Translations under genes and position numbers: made by a program
The notes under the pieces: model-generated
Databases searched by the model: none
What the model was told of the DNA's origin: nothing
The model's input: only the letters and a program-made list of their open reading frames with translations
Shown here: one piece after another, positions 49,625 through 60,675 of the stretch
How the letters are laid out: the number at the start of each line of letters is the position of its first letter
Numbering within the stretch: the first letter of the stretch is position 1
Source of the DNA: an uncultured Chloroflexia bacterium
GTDB taxonomy: Bacteria > Chloroflexota > Anaerolineae > CG2-30-64-16
Reading direction: 5' to 3'
DNA: 64,000 bases
Assembly: GCA_963774265.1 (NCBI GenBank)
Contig: CAVZDU010000007.1
Span: forward strand, 192,001 to 256,000

Positions 49625-51016
49625 GTGAACAAGAAGATTCTCGTCCTGATCAGCCTGGTTCTGATCGTCACCTTCCTGGGCGCTTGCGCGCCCGCCGCGG
49701 CGCCGGCGCCCACCGCTGCACCGGCCGCGGCTCCTGCTGCAGCTGAGCCAACCAAGGCGCCGGCTGCACCTGAACCAACGAAGGCTCCTGAGCCAACGGC
49801 CGCACCCGCTGCCGCCGAGAAGGTCAAGATCGTCTGGTGGCACATTACAACTGCGGACAATCAGAAGGCGGTCTGGCAAAAGCTGGCCGATGAATACATG
49901 GCCGCCCACCCGAACGTGACCATCGAAATCACGGTGCTGGAGAACGAAGCCTTCAAGACGAAGATGACGACCGTCATGCAATCCGGTGAACCCCCCGACA
50001 TCTTCCAGAGCTGGGGCGGCGGCACGATGAACGCTTACGCTCAGGCCGGTTTGCTGAAGGACATCACCGCGGATCTCGATGCGGATGGCGGCGCATGGCG
50101 CAATACCTTCTCCCCTGGCGCGCTCGGTGTGTACGCGTACCAGGGCAAGAACTACGGCGTGCCGTGGGATATGGGCATGGTCGGTTTCTGGTACAACAAG
50201 GCCTTGTTCAGCAAGGCCGGCATCGCCAATCCCCCGGCCACCTGGTCGGAACTGCTCGACGACGTGAAGAAACTCCAGGCCGCCGGCATCACCCCCATCG
50301 CTCTCGGCGAGGGGGATAAGTGGCCGGGCGCATTCTGGTGGGAGTACCTGAACGTCCGCATAGGCGGCCAGGCGGCCTTCGATGCCGCCCAAAGCCGCAA
50401 GGGCGCATTCGCCGATCAGCCGTTCGTGGAAGCTGGCAAGAAACTCCAGGAACTGATCGCCCTCAAAGCCTTCCAGGACGGCTTCCTGGGCGCAACCTGG
50501 GGCGATGAGGCGACGGCGATGGGCAATGGCAAGGCGGCCATGGACCTGATGGGTCAATGGGCTCCCGGCGCGTTCAACGACAACAGCCCCGACAAGAAGG
50601 GCATCGGCGACAACCTGGCCTGGTTCCCCTTCCCGGCTGTGGAGGGTGGCGCCGGCGCGGCGACCGACGCGCTCGGCGGCGGCAATGGCTTCGCCCTGGG
50701 CAAGAACGCCCCGGCGGAAGCCGTTGACTTCGCCAAGTACCTGACCCGCGCGGAATCTCAGGTCCAGTGTGCCAAGGAAGATTTCTGCGTCCCGGTTGTC
50801 AAGGGCGGCGAGGCCGGCCTGACCGACCCTTTGCTCAAGATGGTGCAGCAGGGCGCGGCCGCTGCGAAGTACTTCCAACTGTACTACGATCAGTACCTGC
50901 CTCCGGCGATGGGGTCTGTCGTCAACGACAGCGTTCAGGGCATTTTCGCCGGAACGTTGTCGCCTGAGCAGGCCGCCCAGGCGCTCGAAGACTCGGCCAA
51001 GAAGGAATTGAAGTAG
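49625..51016 (+). CDS. Carbohydrate ABC transporter substrate-binding lipoprotein (family 1)
   Basis: AGGAGG RBS, lipobox LGAC, AAPEPTKAPE linker, PPDIFQSWGGG, WYNKALF, GKAAMDLMGQW. Confidence 0.92.
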   Translation: MNKKILVLISLVLIVTFLGACAPAAAPAPTAAPAAAPAAAEPTKAPAAPEPTKAPEPTAAPAAAEKVKIVWWHITTADNQKAVWQKLADEYMAAHPNVTIEITVLENEAFKTKMTTVMQSGEPPDIFQSWGGGTMNAYAQAGLLKDITADLDADGGAWRNTFSPGALGVYAYQGKNYGVPWDMGMVGFWYNKALFSKAGIANPPATWSELLDDVKKLQAAGITPIALGEGDKWPGAFWWEYLNVRIGGQAAFDAAQSRKGAFADQPFVEAGKKLQELIALKAFQDGFLGATWGDEATAMGNGKAAMDLMGQWAPGAFNDNSPDKKGIGDNLAWFPFPAVEGGAGAATDALGGGNGFALGKNAPAEAVDFAKYLTRAESQVQCAKEDFCVPVVKGGEAGLTDPLLKMVQQGAAAAKYFQLYYDQYLPPAMGSVVNDSVQGIFAGTLSPEQAAQALEDSAKKELK

Positions 51017-51031
51017 TACGCACAGGTGGAT

Positions 51032-51061
51032 GCGGGGATTGGGCTATTATCCGATCCCCGC
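51032..51061 (+). terminator. Stem-loop after SBP gene
   Basis: GCGGGGATTGG...CCGATCCCCGC. Confidence 0.55.
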
Positions 51062-51097
51062 CCGCCTGGCCGGTGATCTCCGACCCAGTCGAGAGGA

Positions 51098-52054
51098 ATG
51101 GTCTTATGCAAACCGACTTTGGCCGGGCGCCGTGCCCCCGACGCCCAACGGCAGACTCGCTTCCAGCGCCGCACCCTCGACAACCTGACCGTCGCTTTGT
51201 TCCTGGCGCCCGCCCTCGTGGTCTTCCTCGCTTTCGTGATTTATCCAATCCTGCGTTCTGTCTACTTTAGTATGTTCAACTGGAAGGGTTTTGGCCCTGC
51301 GGTTGACTTTGTTGGACTGCAGAATTACGCAGACATCTTCAAGGACCAGGTATTCATGAAGGCGGTGGGAAACGGTCTGATCATCGTGCTGTTGTCCCTC
51401 GTCGTTCAGTTGCCGTTGGCTCTGGCGTTGGCGCTCATGGTGGGCCGCGATTTGCCTGGCCGCGCATTCTTCCGCACGATCTTTTTCCTGCCCTATGTGG
51501 TTTCCGAGGTCATCACGGCCATCATGTGGTTGGGCCTCTTTAATCCTGATCCTGACCGAGGCCTGTTCAATGCGATTTTGGTCCTTATCCCGGGTGTGAA
51601 GGCTGTCTCCTGGTTAGGCAATACCAGCATCGTCATGGCCGCGCTTTTTGTCGTGATGACCTGGAAGTACTTTGGTCTGCACATGCTGCTGTACATGGCC
51701 GGTCTGCAAAACATTCCGTCGGAAGTTGAGGAGGCCGCCCGCATCGACGGCGCGAATGGCCGCCAATTGCTGACCAACATCACTATGCCCTTGCTGGGGG
51801 GGACGATTCGCACCACCATCTATCTATCGGTCGTCGGATCGCTGCAGCAATTCATCCTGGTCTGGATCATGACCAAGGGCGGACCGGTCAATGCCAGTGA
51901 AATGATGGCGACCTATATGTACCGTTTTGCCTTTGTGCGGTTCTGGTTGGGGTACGGCTGTGCCGTAGCACTCGTGATGTTCCTGATTTGTTTGGTCTTC
52001 TCGCTGATTTACCAGCGCCTGGCGCGCCAGCCGGATTACCTGGGTGGCATGTAG
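51098..52054 (+). CDS. Carbohydrate ABC permease
   Basis: FVGLQNY, RTIFFLP, EAARIDGA (EAA motif), MTKGGP. Confidence 0.92.
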   Translation: MVLCKPTLAGRRAPDAQRQTRFQRRTLDNLTVALFLAPALVVFLAFVIYPILRSVYFSMFNWKGFGPAVDFVGLQNYADIFKDQVFMKAVGNGLIIVLLSLVVQLPLALALALMVGRDLPGRAFFRTIFFLPYVVSEVITAIMWLGLFNPDPDRGLFNAILVLIPGVKAVSWLGNTSIVMAALFVVMTWKYFGLHMLLYMAGLQNIPSEVEEAARIDGANGRQLLTNITMPLLGGTIRTTIYLSVVGSLQQFILVWIMTKGGPVNASEMMATYMYRFAFVRFWLGYGCAVALVMFLICLVFSLIYQRLARQPDYLGGM

Positions 52055-52067
52055 AAAGGGCTGATCT

Positions 52068-52931
52068 ATGGCGACGGCGACGATCTCTCCATATGCACGC
52101 ACCGGCTGGCAGAAGAGACTCCCGAGGTTCTGGCAGTACCTCATCCTGTCCGTGGTCGTGGTGCTCATCCTCCTGCCCATCGTGATCCTGATTTTCGGAT
52201 CACTGAAGACGCGCGGCGAAATGTATTCACGCCCTTACACCCTGCCGGTTCCACCGCGCTGGGAAAATTACGGCAAGATTCTGAGCATGGCCACATTTTG
52301 GACCATGCTGCGCAACAGCCTCCTGGTGATGCTGGGAGCAACAGGGGGTGTGGTGCTTGCATGCAGCCTGGCCGCCTTCGTGTTCGCCCGTATGGAGTTT
52401 CGGGGGAAGGCCCTGGCTTTCAATCTGCTCACCGTGGGCATCATGTTTCCCATCAACGTGGCCATATTGCCCGTCTTTCTGGTGCTGCGCCAGATGGGCT
52501 TGCTTAATAATCTGTGGGGCATTATCCTGGTCCAGGTTGCCTTCCAGATCTCCGGCAACATCCTGATTCTGCGCGGCTTTTTTGCCTCGATCCCGGTTGA
52601 GTTGCAGGATGCTGCGTACATAGATGGCTGCACCACGTTTGACTTCTTCTGGCGCATCCTGCTCCCGTTGGCGCGTCCGGCGCTATCGGCGGTCGCCGCA
52701 TTGACCATGGTTGTCAGTTGGAATGACTTGCTCGTGCCCCTGGTTGTGGTAGACAAGGATAAACTTTGGACCTTGCCGCTGGGCACCATGCAGTTCCAGG
52801 GCCAATATGGTCAGGACTTGAATATGGTTGCGGCCTTCGTCACCCTGTCCGCGGTGCCCGCGATCCTCTTCTATATTTTCGCGGAACGACAGATTGTGTC
52901 CGGCTTGACCGCCGGTGCGCTCAAGGGATAA
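52068..52931 (+). CDS. Carbohydrate ABC permease
   Basis: WENY, NSLLV, DAAYIDG, SWND, GLTAGALKG. Confidence 0.92.
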   Translation: MATATISPYARTGWQKRLPRFWQYLILSVVVVLILLPIVILIFGSLKTRGEMYSRPYTLPVPPRWENYGKILSMATFWTMLRNSLLVMLGATGGVVLACSLAAFVFARMEFRGKALAFNLLTVGIMFPINVAILPVFLVLRQMGLLNNLWGIILVQVAFQISGNILILRGFFASIPVELQDAAYIDGCTTFDFFWRILLPLARPALSAVAALTMVVSWNDLLVPLVVVDKDKLWTLPLGTMQFQGQYGQDLNMVAAFVTLSAVPAILFYIFAERQIVSGLTAGALKG

Positions 52932-52941
52932 GGCCATTCCC

Positions 52942-54240
52942 GTGAAGCTCTACGCCACGCTCGCTGTCCTGCTCGTTCTTTCTTCTTCTCTGACAAGCTG
53001 CATCCCGGTCCAGGTGGCTCCGTCAGCCCCCAGCAGACAGGACGCCGCCGAACCTGCGATCACGCCCAGTCCGCCGACTCCCGCGCCGGCCGTGGTGGGT
53101 GCTTTCACTTCGGGGCGTTACCGCAATCTATTCAAGGAACTGCTGAATAGGAGCGATGCTGACACCCAGGCCAAAATCGACGCTGCCTGGGAACAACTCT
53201 TCTATGGCAATGACGACACTCAGCGCGTCTATTACCCTGTCGGAACGGATATGGCCTATATCATGGACATCGGCAACAGCGATGTGCGTTCCGAGGGGAT
53301 GTCCTACGGCATGATGATTGCGGTCCAGTTGGACAAGAAAGAGGAATTTGATCGCCTCTGGAAGTGGGCTAAGACCTACATGTATCAAAAAGAGGGGCCG
53401 TACCGGGGCTATTTCGCCTGGCACTGCAAGCCGAGCGGCGAACAGATTCACGGCAACCCGGCCTCTGACGGGGAAGAGTGGCTCGCGATGGCGCTGCTGT
53501 TTGCGTCGGGGCGCTGGGGCAACGGCGGCATCTTTGACTATCGCGCAGAAGCGCAAGCCATTCTCGACATCATGCTGCATAAGCACGAGCAGAAAAGCGA
53601 TCTGGCGACCGACATGTTTGACGCCACGACCAGGCAAGTCGTTTTTGTGCCGACGATCGGTAAGAATTCGAGCTTCACCGATCCGTCGTATCACTTGCCG
53701 GCTTACTACGAGCTGTGGGCGCGGTGGGCCGACAAGGACAACGAGTTCTGGCAGCAGGCGGTTCAAGCCAGCCGCGAGTTTTTCAGGAAGGCCGCGCATG
53801 CCCAGACAGGATTGATGCCCGATTACGCGGGCTTTGATGGCACGCCGACCGGCGGCGAGCACGAGGATTTCCGATTCGACGCGTTTCGCGCTGCATCGAA
53901 CGTGGCCGTGGATTACGCCTGGTTCGCCGCGGACCCGTGGCAGGTCGAGCAGAGCAGCCGGCTCCTCGACTTCTTTGCAGGCCAAGGGATTAACGGCTAT
54001 GTTAATCAGTATACTCTCGACGGCAAGCCGCTGTCCTCGGACCGCTCCACCGGCTTGATTGCGATGAACGCCGTCGCCGCGCTGGCTGCCACGACAGGTC
54101 AGGCGCCCACGTTTGTGGAGGCGCTCTGGGACGTGCAAATCCCATCCGGCAGGTGGCGCTACTATGACGGTTTGTTGTATGCCCTGGCCCTGTTACACGT
54201 CAGCGGCAACTTTCGCATCTATCCGCCCCAAGGGAATTAG
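52942..54240 (+). CDS. GH8 xylanase / oligoxylanase, lipoprotein
   Basis: Lipobox LTSC; DVRSEGMSYGMM, PASDGEE, TDPSYHLP, RFDAFR, RYYDG. Confidence 0.9.
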   Translation: MKLYATLAVLLVLSSSLTSCIPVQVAPSAPSRQDAAEPAITPSPPTPAPAVVGAFTSGRYRNLFKELLNRSDADTQAKIDAAWEQLFYGNDDTQRVYYPVGTDMAYIMDIGNSDVRSEGMSYGMMIAVQLDKKEEFDRLWKWAKTYMYQKEGPYRGYFAWHCKPSGEQIHGNPASDGEEWLAMALLFASGRWGNGGIFDYRAEAQAILDIMLHKHEQKSDLATDMFDATTRQVVFVPTIGKNSSFTDPSYHLPAYYELWARWADKDNEFWQQAVQASREFFRKAAHAQTGLMPDYAGFDGTPTGGEHEDFRFDAFRAASNVAVDYAWFAADPWQVEQSSRLLDFFAGQGINGYVNQYTLDGKPLSSDRSTGLIAMNAVAALAATTGQAPTFVEALWDVQIPSGRWRYYDGLLYALALLHVSGNFRIYPPQGN

Positions 54241-54269
54241 AGACGCCCCGGCCATTGGGAGAGCCAACT

Positions 54270-56848
54270 ATGCCTACTGAGACATCTTCCCTCACCCCAA
54301 CCCCAGCTTACAGCGATGCCACCCGGTCCATTGAGGAGCGCGTAGACGACCTCATCTCCAGGATGACCCTGGAGGAGAAGATCTCGCAGATGGTCCACGA
54401 TGCGCCCGCGATCGAGCGTCTGGGCATCCCCGCCTACGGCTGGTGGAATGAGTGCCTGCACGGCGTCGCCCGCGCGGGCATCGCCACGGTTTTTCCGCAG
54501 GCCATCGGCATGGCAGCCACGTGGGACGTCAAGCTGATGGCTGAGGTGGCCGACGCCATCTCGGACGAAGCGCGTGCCAAGCACCACGAATCTCTGCGCC
54601 GCGGGGTGCGCCAACTTTACACCGGCCTCACCTTCTGGTCGCCGAACGTCAACATCTTCCGCGACCCACGCTGGGGCCGCGGGCAGGAGACCTACGGCGA
54701 GGACCCGTACCTGAGCGCGATCATGGGTGTGACGTTCGTCAAAGGGCTGCAGGGCGAGGATCCGGAGACCCTCAAGGTGGTCGCCACCCCGAAGCACTTC
54801 GCGGTTCACAGCGGCCCCGAGAGCGACCGGCATCACTTCGATGCAGCCGTGAGCGAGCGCGACCTGCGGGAAACCTACCTGCCCGCGTTCGAGGCGTGCG
54901 TCGTGGCGGGGAAGGCGGCTTCGGTGATGGGCGCGTACAACCGCCTCAACGGCGAGCCGTGCTGCGCCAGTCCGACGCTGCTGCAGAAGATCCTGCGTGA
55001 GGAGTGGGGCTTCCGGGGCTATGTGGCGTCCGATTGTTGGGCCATCAACGACATTTTTGGCGGGCACGGCCTGGTGAAGTCGGCCGCTGAGGCGTCGGCG
55101 CTGGCAGTCAAGATGGGATGCGACCTGGAATGCGGCTGCACGTACCCGGCGCTGCTCGACGCGGTCCGGCAGGGCTTGATCGACGAGGCCGCCATCGACC
55201 GGGCCGTGGCGCTCCTGTTCACGGCACGGTTCCGCCTGGGCATGTTCGACCCGCCCGAGCAGGTGCGGTACGGGAGGATCCCCTTCGAGGTCAACGACTC
55301 GCCGGCGCATCGCACCCTGGCCCTGCAGGCCGCACGGGAATCGATCGTGCTGCTCAAGAATGAGCCTGCCCTGGCCGGGATCCCCGGCAGCCGCTGCTGC
55401 CGCTTGGGAAAGGTCTCAAGTCCATCGCGGTCATCGGGCCGGACGCAGACGACCTGGCCGTGCTGCTGGGCAACTATTGCGGGACGCCGTCGGCCGCGGT
55501 CACGCCGCTGGAGGGGATCCGCCGCAAGGTGGCGCCGGGCACCGTGGTCTATCATGCGCAGGGCTGCGAGATCGCGCCCGGTGTGCCGCCGCTGCAGGTG
55601 GTGCCGTCCGAGTATCTTCGCCCGACGGGTGGGCGCACCGGACACGGGCTGGCCGGAACCTACTTCCGCGACCACCGTTTTTCCGATGTGGCCTTTGGCC
55701 GCGTTGATCCCCTCGTGGACTTCATGTGGCGCGATGCCTCGCCCCTGGGCGGATACGGCACCGAGCCCTTCGCCGCGCGCTGGACGGGTGCGCTCATCCC
55801 GCCGGTTTCGGGGGCATATCAATTAGGCGTGCGGGCTTCGAGCGGCTTCAGCCTGTGGCTGGACGGCCGCGAGCTGCTTGACTTCGCAGCTCATGACCAC
55901 GAGACGTTCACCCGGACGGCTTCGGTCGAGCTGGAAGGGGGGCGGCTGTACGAGGTGCGCCTGGACTACATTAACGCGGGCCGCGATCCGAAAGTGCAGC
56001 TCCTGTGGGCCGTCCCGGGCTACGATTATGCCGCCGAGGCGCTGCGGGCCGCGGAGAAGGCGGAGGTCGTGGTGATGGTCATGGGGTTGTCGCCCAGCCT
56101 GGAGGGCGAGGACATGCCGGTGTACGTGGCGGGGTTCGCGGGCGGCGATCGCACGGACATTGCCCTGCCGGCCACCCAGGAGGCGCTGCTCCGGCAGATC
56201 CATGCACTGGGCAAGCCGGTGGTGCTGGTGCTGATGGGGGGCAGCGCACTGGCGGTCAACTGGGCGGACAGCCACGTGCCGGCCATCCTGTGTGCGTGGT
56301 ATCCCGGCGAGGAGGGGGGCGCGGCCATCGCGGATGTGTTGTTTGGAGACTATAATCCCGTGGGCCGGCTGCCGGTCACGTTTTACAAGTCGGTCGATCA
56401 GCTGCCGCCGTTCGACGACTATAACATGGCCGGCCGCACCTATCGCTACATGACGGAGGAGCCGCTCTACCCGTTCGGCTTCGGGCGGAGTTATACGGCC
56501 TTCGAGTACAGCGACCTGCGCATCAGCCCGTCCTCCATAGGGCCCGGCGGCGCGGTGCAGGTGGCTGTGGATGTGGCGAACGTGGGCGAGGTGGCCGGCG
56601 ACGAGGTCGTGCAGCTTTACATAAGTTTTGAAAATTCCACGGTCAGCCGGCCGATTAAAGAGCTCAAGGGCTTCGAGCGCATCTCCCTTGCGGCGGGCGA
56701 GCGGCGCACCGTGACCTTCACCCTCCCCGCGTCGCAGTTGCGGTATTGGGGCGGCGACGGGTGGGTGCTTGAGCCTGGGACGGTGGCGGTGCAGGTGGGC
56801 AGCTCCTCGCGCGATATCCGGGTGGCGGGGAAGGTGGAGGTCGGATAG
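54270..56848 (+). CDS. GH3 beta-xylosidase/glucosidase with PA14 insertion and FN3-like domain, frameshift near 55390
   Basis: WWNECLHG, WSPNVNIFRDPRWGRGQETYGEDP, KHF, ASDCWA, VLLKN, WYPGEEGG, YPFGFG. Confidence 0.92.
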
Positions 56849-56860
56849 CGCCTCATCGTT

Positions 56861-56893
56861 AGGAGCCGGGCACCTCCGAGGTGCCCGGCTCCT
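56861..56893. terminator. 15-bp perfect hairpin between convergent genes
   Basis: AGGAGCCGGGCACCT-CCG-AGGTGCCCGGCTCCT. Confidence 0.75.
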
Positions 56894-56926
56894 GGATCAA
56901 GTTACTGGAAACCGGCCCCGCGGCTG

Positions 56927-58987
56927 TTACGGTTCCACGGTTCCCAGGACCAGGCCGAAGACGAAGGCGCCGGTGCGGCTGTAGTTGCCTAACGGCTGGC
57001 TGCTCGTATCCAGCGGCACGACGGCATAGAAACAGGTGTTGCCCGCCGCCGTCAGATCGGCAGTCGGGTCAGGGAAGCCCAGATCTTCAGGCGGCGCGGT
57101 TGGCGGCGTGGATGGCGTCACGTCATCCAACCAGGTGGCCGCGTCCGGTGCGAAGTAGGGCGCGGTCAGGCTACGGTGGACCTCGTAGTGGGCCACCGCC
57201 ACCGCCCGGTGCGTCCAGTCGAGTTTAGCGTAATTGCCTGACCCGGAGATGGTGACGTCGTTGACGCGCACGGTGAAGTGGGCGGTGACGGACCTGTCCC
57301 CGTCCATCGTCACCTGGCACGCGCCCGCGCCCGCGCACACGCCGCTCCAGTGGTCGAACACACAGCCTGCCGCGGGCTCAGCCGTGACATCGACAATGGT
57401 GTGTTGGTTTGGCGTATGGACGCCCGCCGTCGGGAGGGTGGCGCCGCCGCCGGGGGGGTCCGCGGCCACCGTCAAACGATAGGTCAGCGCCGCCGGCGTG
57501 ATGGCGTAGGTGTAGGCGGGTACTGTGGCGCCGGTTTTGATGTAATCCACCGTCGTCTGCCCGGGTCCGACCGTGATTTTCAAGCGGCCGTACGTTTGAG
57601 TGGCATCGGCCCAGATCGTATATCCACTGTTCGTCGTATAGATGCCGAAATTGCCGGTAAAACTGCCTATGGGGACTGACTGATAGACGACGCCATCTCT
57701 CTTTTCATAAGCATACTGATGATCGTGGCCGTGGAAAAAACCGCTGACGTCGTTCGCGACTAACATCTGGTGGATCGGCTTGCTTCCCCAGCCGCTGGTT
57801 GCGGGTCGTTTCGTAGTCCACTCATTCGCAGTGCCGGCTTCGTTGAATCCACCCCACTCGACCAGGTGGGTCGGATTGGCACCGCCCCGGACGTAATCGT
57901 CCGAGCCGCCGGTCATGTGGTGGGCGAAGATGAACTTGTACCTGGCCGAGCTGCCTTCGAGAGTCGTCTCCAGCCAGTTGTCTTGCACCACGCCCAGGGT
58001 CCAGTCCCAGCGATCGCCGGTTCACGCGTAGGGTTCACCGCCTCCAGTCGTTCCGACGAACGGTTTGTTCATCGTGTACCAGTAGGGGTCGATCATGACA
58101 AAGAGCGCGTTGCCCCACGTCCAGGCGTAGTAGTCCTCACGAAAGTGGTCGCCAGAAAGGTGGGCATAGGGATCAGTATTGCCGGTGTAGAAGGCATCCG
58201 GCACAGGATTTGGGAAGTATTTCTTCTGGGCGTTGGCGCCGATGACGGGCGGGGCAAGAGTGGGATCGGTCGTATCGTCCAGGTGCCGGCCTTCCGGCTG
58301 CTCGTGGTTGCCCGGGGCCAGGAAGATCGCAGCCGAAGCGCTGGCAAGATTGAAGAATTGATATTGGAATCTGTAGTTCGTCTCAGCGGTCGTAACCGTG
58401 GCGACGTTGTCCATCGCAATTGTGTCGCCGAGATCGATCAGGAAGTCAGGATGGTCGCTGGCAACACCCGTCATGGTCTGCGTCCACCTGGTGGGGTCGC
58501 CCAGCATGATGTTTACATGGGAATCGGAGGTCACGTCGAACGTGAAGGGACTGCCCTGAGCCCTCTGGGTATGGAAAGAATATTCGGGCCTCTGCACCCA
58601 CGTGGTCCCGTCCGTGCTGTATTGCATCCGGTAGTAGTACGGCGTGTTTGCCGCCAGGCCGTCGATGACGACCACCTTGGGCTGGCCGGCAGTTGCAGTG
58701 GTCGTGGCGGTCTGCCCCGTGTACGCCCCCGGCATTGTGCCGTGTTGGTAGAAGAGCGAGATGGCCGCGGCCGGCAGGACGGAGACCGTGATCGATGTGT
58801 CTTTGGGTCGGCCGAGGAGTTCTTTCCCTGTGAAGGTGATTTCGGCAGTCTCCGCGCTGGCGGCTGATCCTACCACGAGTGAGAGGAGGATGGCCAGGAT
58901 CGTGAAGACGCGGCCAAACCTCGCAGAAGAAGCGTACGGAAGCGTGTGGGTCCACTGCTTCCTCGGCGGCAGTTGGCTCCCGGACAT
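56927..58987 (-). pseudogene. Secreted metallophosphoesterase (purple acid phosphatase-like) with B-repeat and C-terminal beta domain, interrupted by an in-frame TGA at 58022-58024
   Basis: Signal peptide, SDSH, DLGD, PGNHE, FAHH, FHGHDH; the two ORF-track pieces are in the same frame. Confidence 0.75.
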
Positions 58988-59245
58988 GTTTTCCTCCTGT
59001 GAACTGACGGATATTCCGGAAGAGGAAAATAGCGCATTTCTAGACAAGTACACTATACCAAATGTGACAGGAACAAGGCAACGCGCCGGGCCAGCAGAGT
59101 GTGCGATAAGTGGACCCCTCTCCACTGCACTCCGGGTGATGGTCGCTCACTTCTCGTTGACCCGCCACCCGCTTGGGCTTACAATGAGGGCCTGACGAGA
59201 CGTTCCTGGAACTTCACTACAACATCTATGCGAGGACTGTAGACC

Positions 59246-60650
59246 ATGACCCTTTCCACTGGTAGTCGACCGGTCGAGCTGAAGATCGCGTACATCGGCG
59301 GCGGAAGCCGCGAGTGGGCGCGGAAGCTCATGTTCGACCTGGCGCTCTGCCCCGACCTGGCCGGGCAGGTGGCGCTTTATGATATCGATGTGCCTTCGGC
59401 AAGGCTCAATGAGGCGCTGGGCAACTGGCTCCAGGAGCAGCCCGGCGTCGTATCCGCCTGGCGCTATACTGCGGTCGAGCGGCTGGAGGAAGCGCTGCGC
59501 GGGGCGGACTTCGTGGTGCTCTCGATCCAGCCCGGCACGCTGGAGTGTATGGCCGAGGAAATCGCCCTCGCCGAGCGGCACGGGATGTTCTTCCCCGTGG
59601 GCGACACGACCGGCGCGCCAGGGCTGGTGCGCGGGCTGCGCGCGGCCACGATCTACGCAGGCTTCGCACAAGCCATCGACGCGATCTGCCCGCGCGTGGG
59701 TGATCAACTACACCAATCCCATGACGATTTGCACGCGCACGCTGACCCGCGTCGCGCCGGGGCTGAAGGTCTTTGGCTGCTGTCACGAGGTGTTCGCCAC
59801 CCAGGCGATGCTCGCAAAGCTGGCCGGCAAGGCCCTGGCGGTCGAGACCCCGCGCCGCGATGAGATTCACGTCAACGTGACGGGCATCAACCATTTCACC
59901 TGGATCGACCGCGCCTCCTATCGCGACGTGGACCTCCTGGCGCTTCTGCAGCATCACATCGGAGAGCCGGGCGTGCTCCGGCCCTACACGCGGGAGGAAG
60001 TCGAGAGCTGGGGCAGCTGGTTTCACAGCGCCGAACAGGTCAAGTTTACGCTTTTTCAGCGGTTCGGCCTCCTGGCTGCCGCGGGCGACCGCCACCTGGT
60101 CGAGTTCCTGCCGGGCTTCATCCGCTCGCCGGAGGAGCTCTACCGCTGGGGGGTCATCCGTACGCCGGTGGCCTGGCGCATCGGCCGCTGGCGGGACGCG
60201 CCCGGCAAGACGCGCGACCTGATGGCCGGCCGGGAGCCGCTGCGGCTGGAGCCGTCGGACGAGGAAGGGGTCAGGCAGATCCGGGCGTTGCTCGGCTTGG
60301 AAGACCTGGTCACCAACGTGAATACGGCAAATCGGGGCCAGGTGGAGAATCTGCCGCGCGATGTGGTGGTGGAGACCAACGCCCGTTTCAGCCGCGACGA
60401 AGTACGGCCGCTGGCCGCGGGCGCCTTGCCTCCCGGCCTGCAGCCCCTGATCGCCCGGCACGTGGCCAATCAGGAGCTCATCGTCGAGGCCAGCCTGGCC
60501 CGGGATCGAGACCTGGCTTTCCAGGCGGTCCTGGGCGACCCGACCAACCGGCTGCCCCTGGATGAGGCCTGGACCATGTTCCTTGAGATGCTGGAGGCCA
60601 GCCGCGAGTTCCTGCCGGGTTGGCCGAGCGCCGGGCCGGCGCTTGAATAG
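59246..60650 (+). CDS. GH4 glycosidase, CHEV-motif (alpha-galacturonidase LplD-like), frameshift near 59690
   Basis: IAYIGGGS, VGDTTG.PG, INYTNPM, GCCHEV, GINHFTW, GDRHLVEF. Confidence 0.85.
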
Positions 60651-60675
60651 GGCGCCAACCGTATTCGACGTGCGA

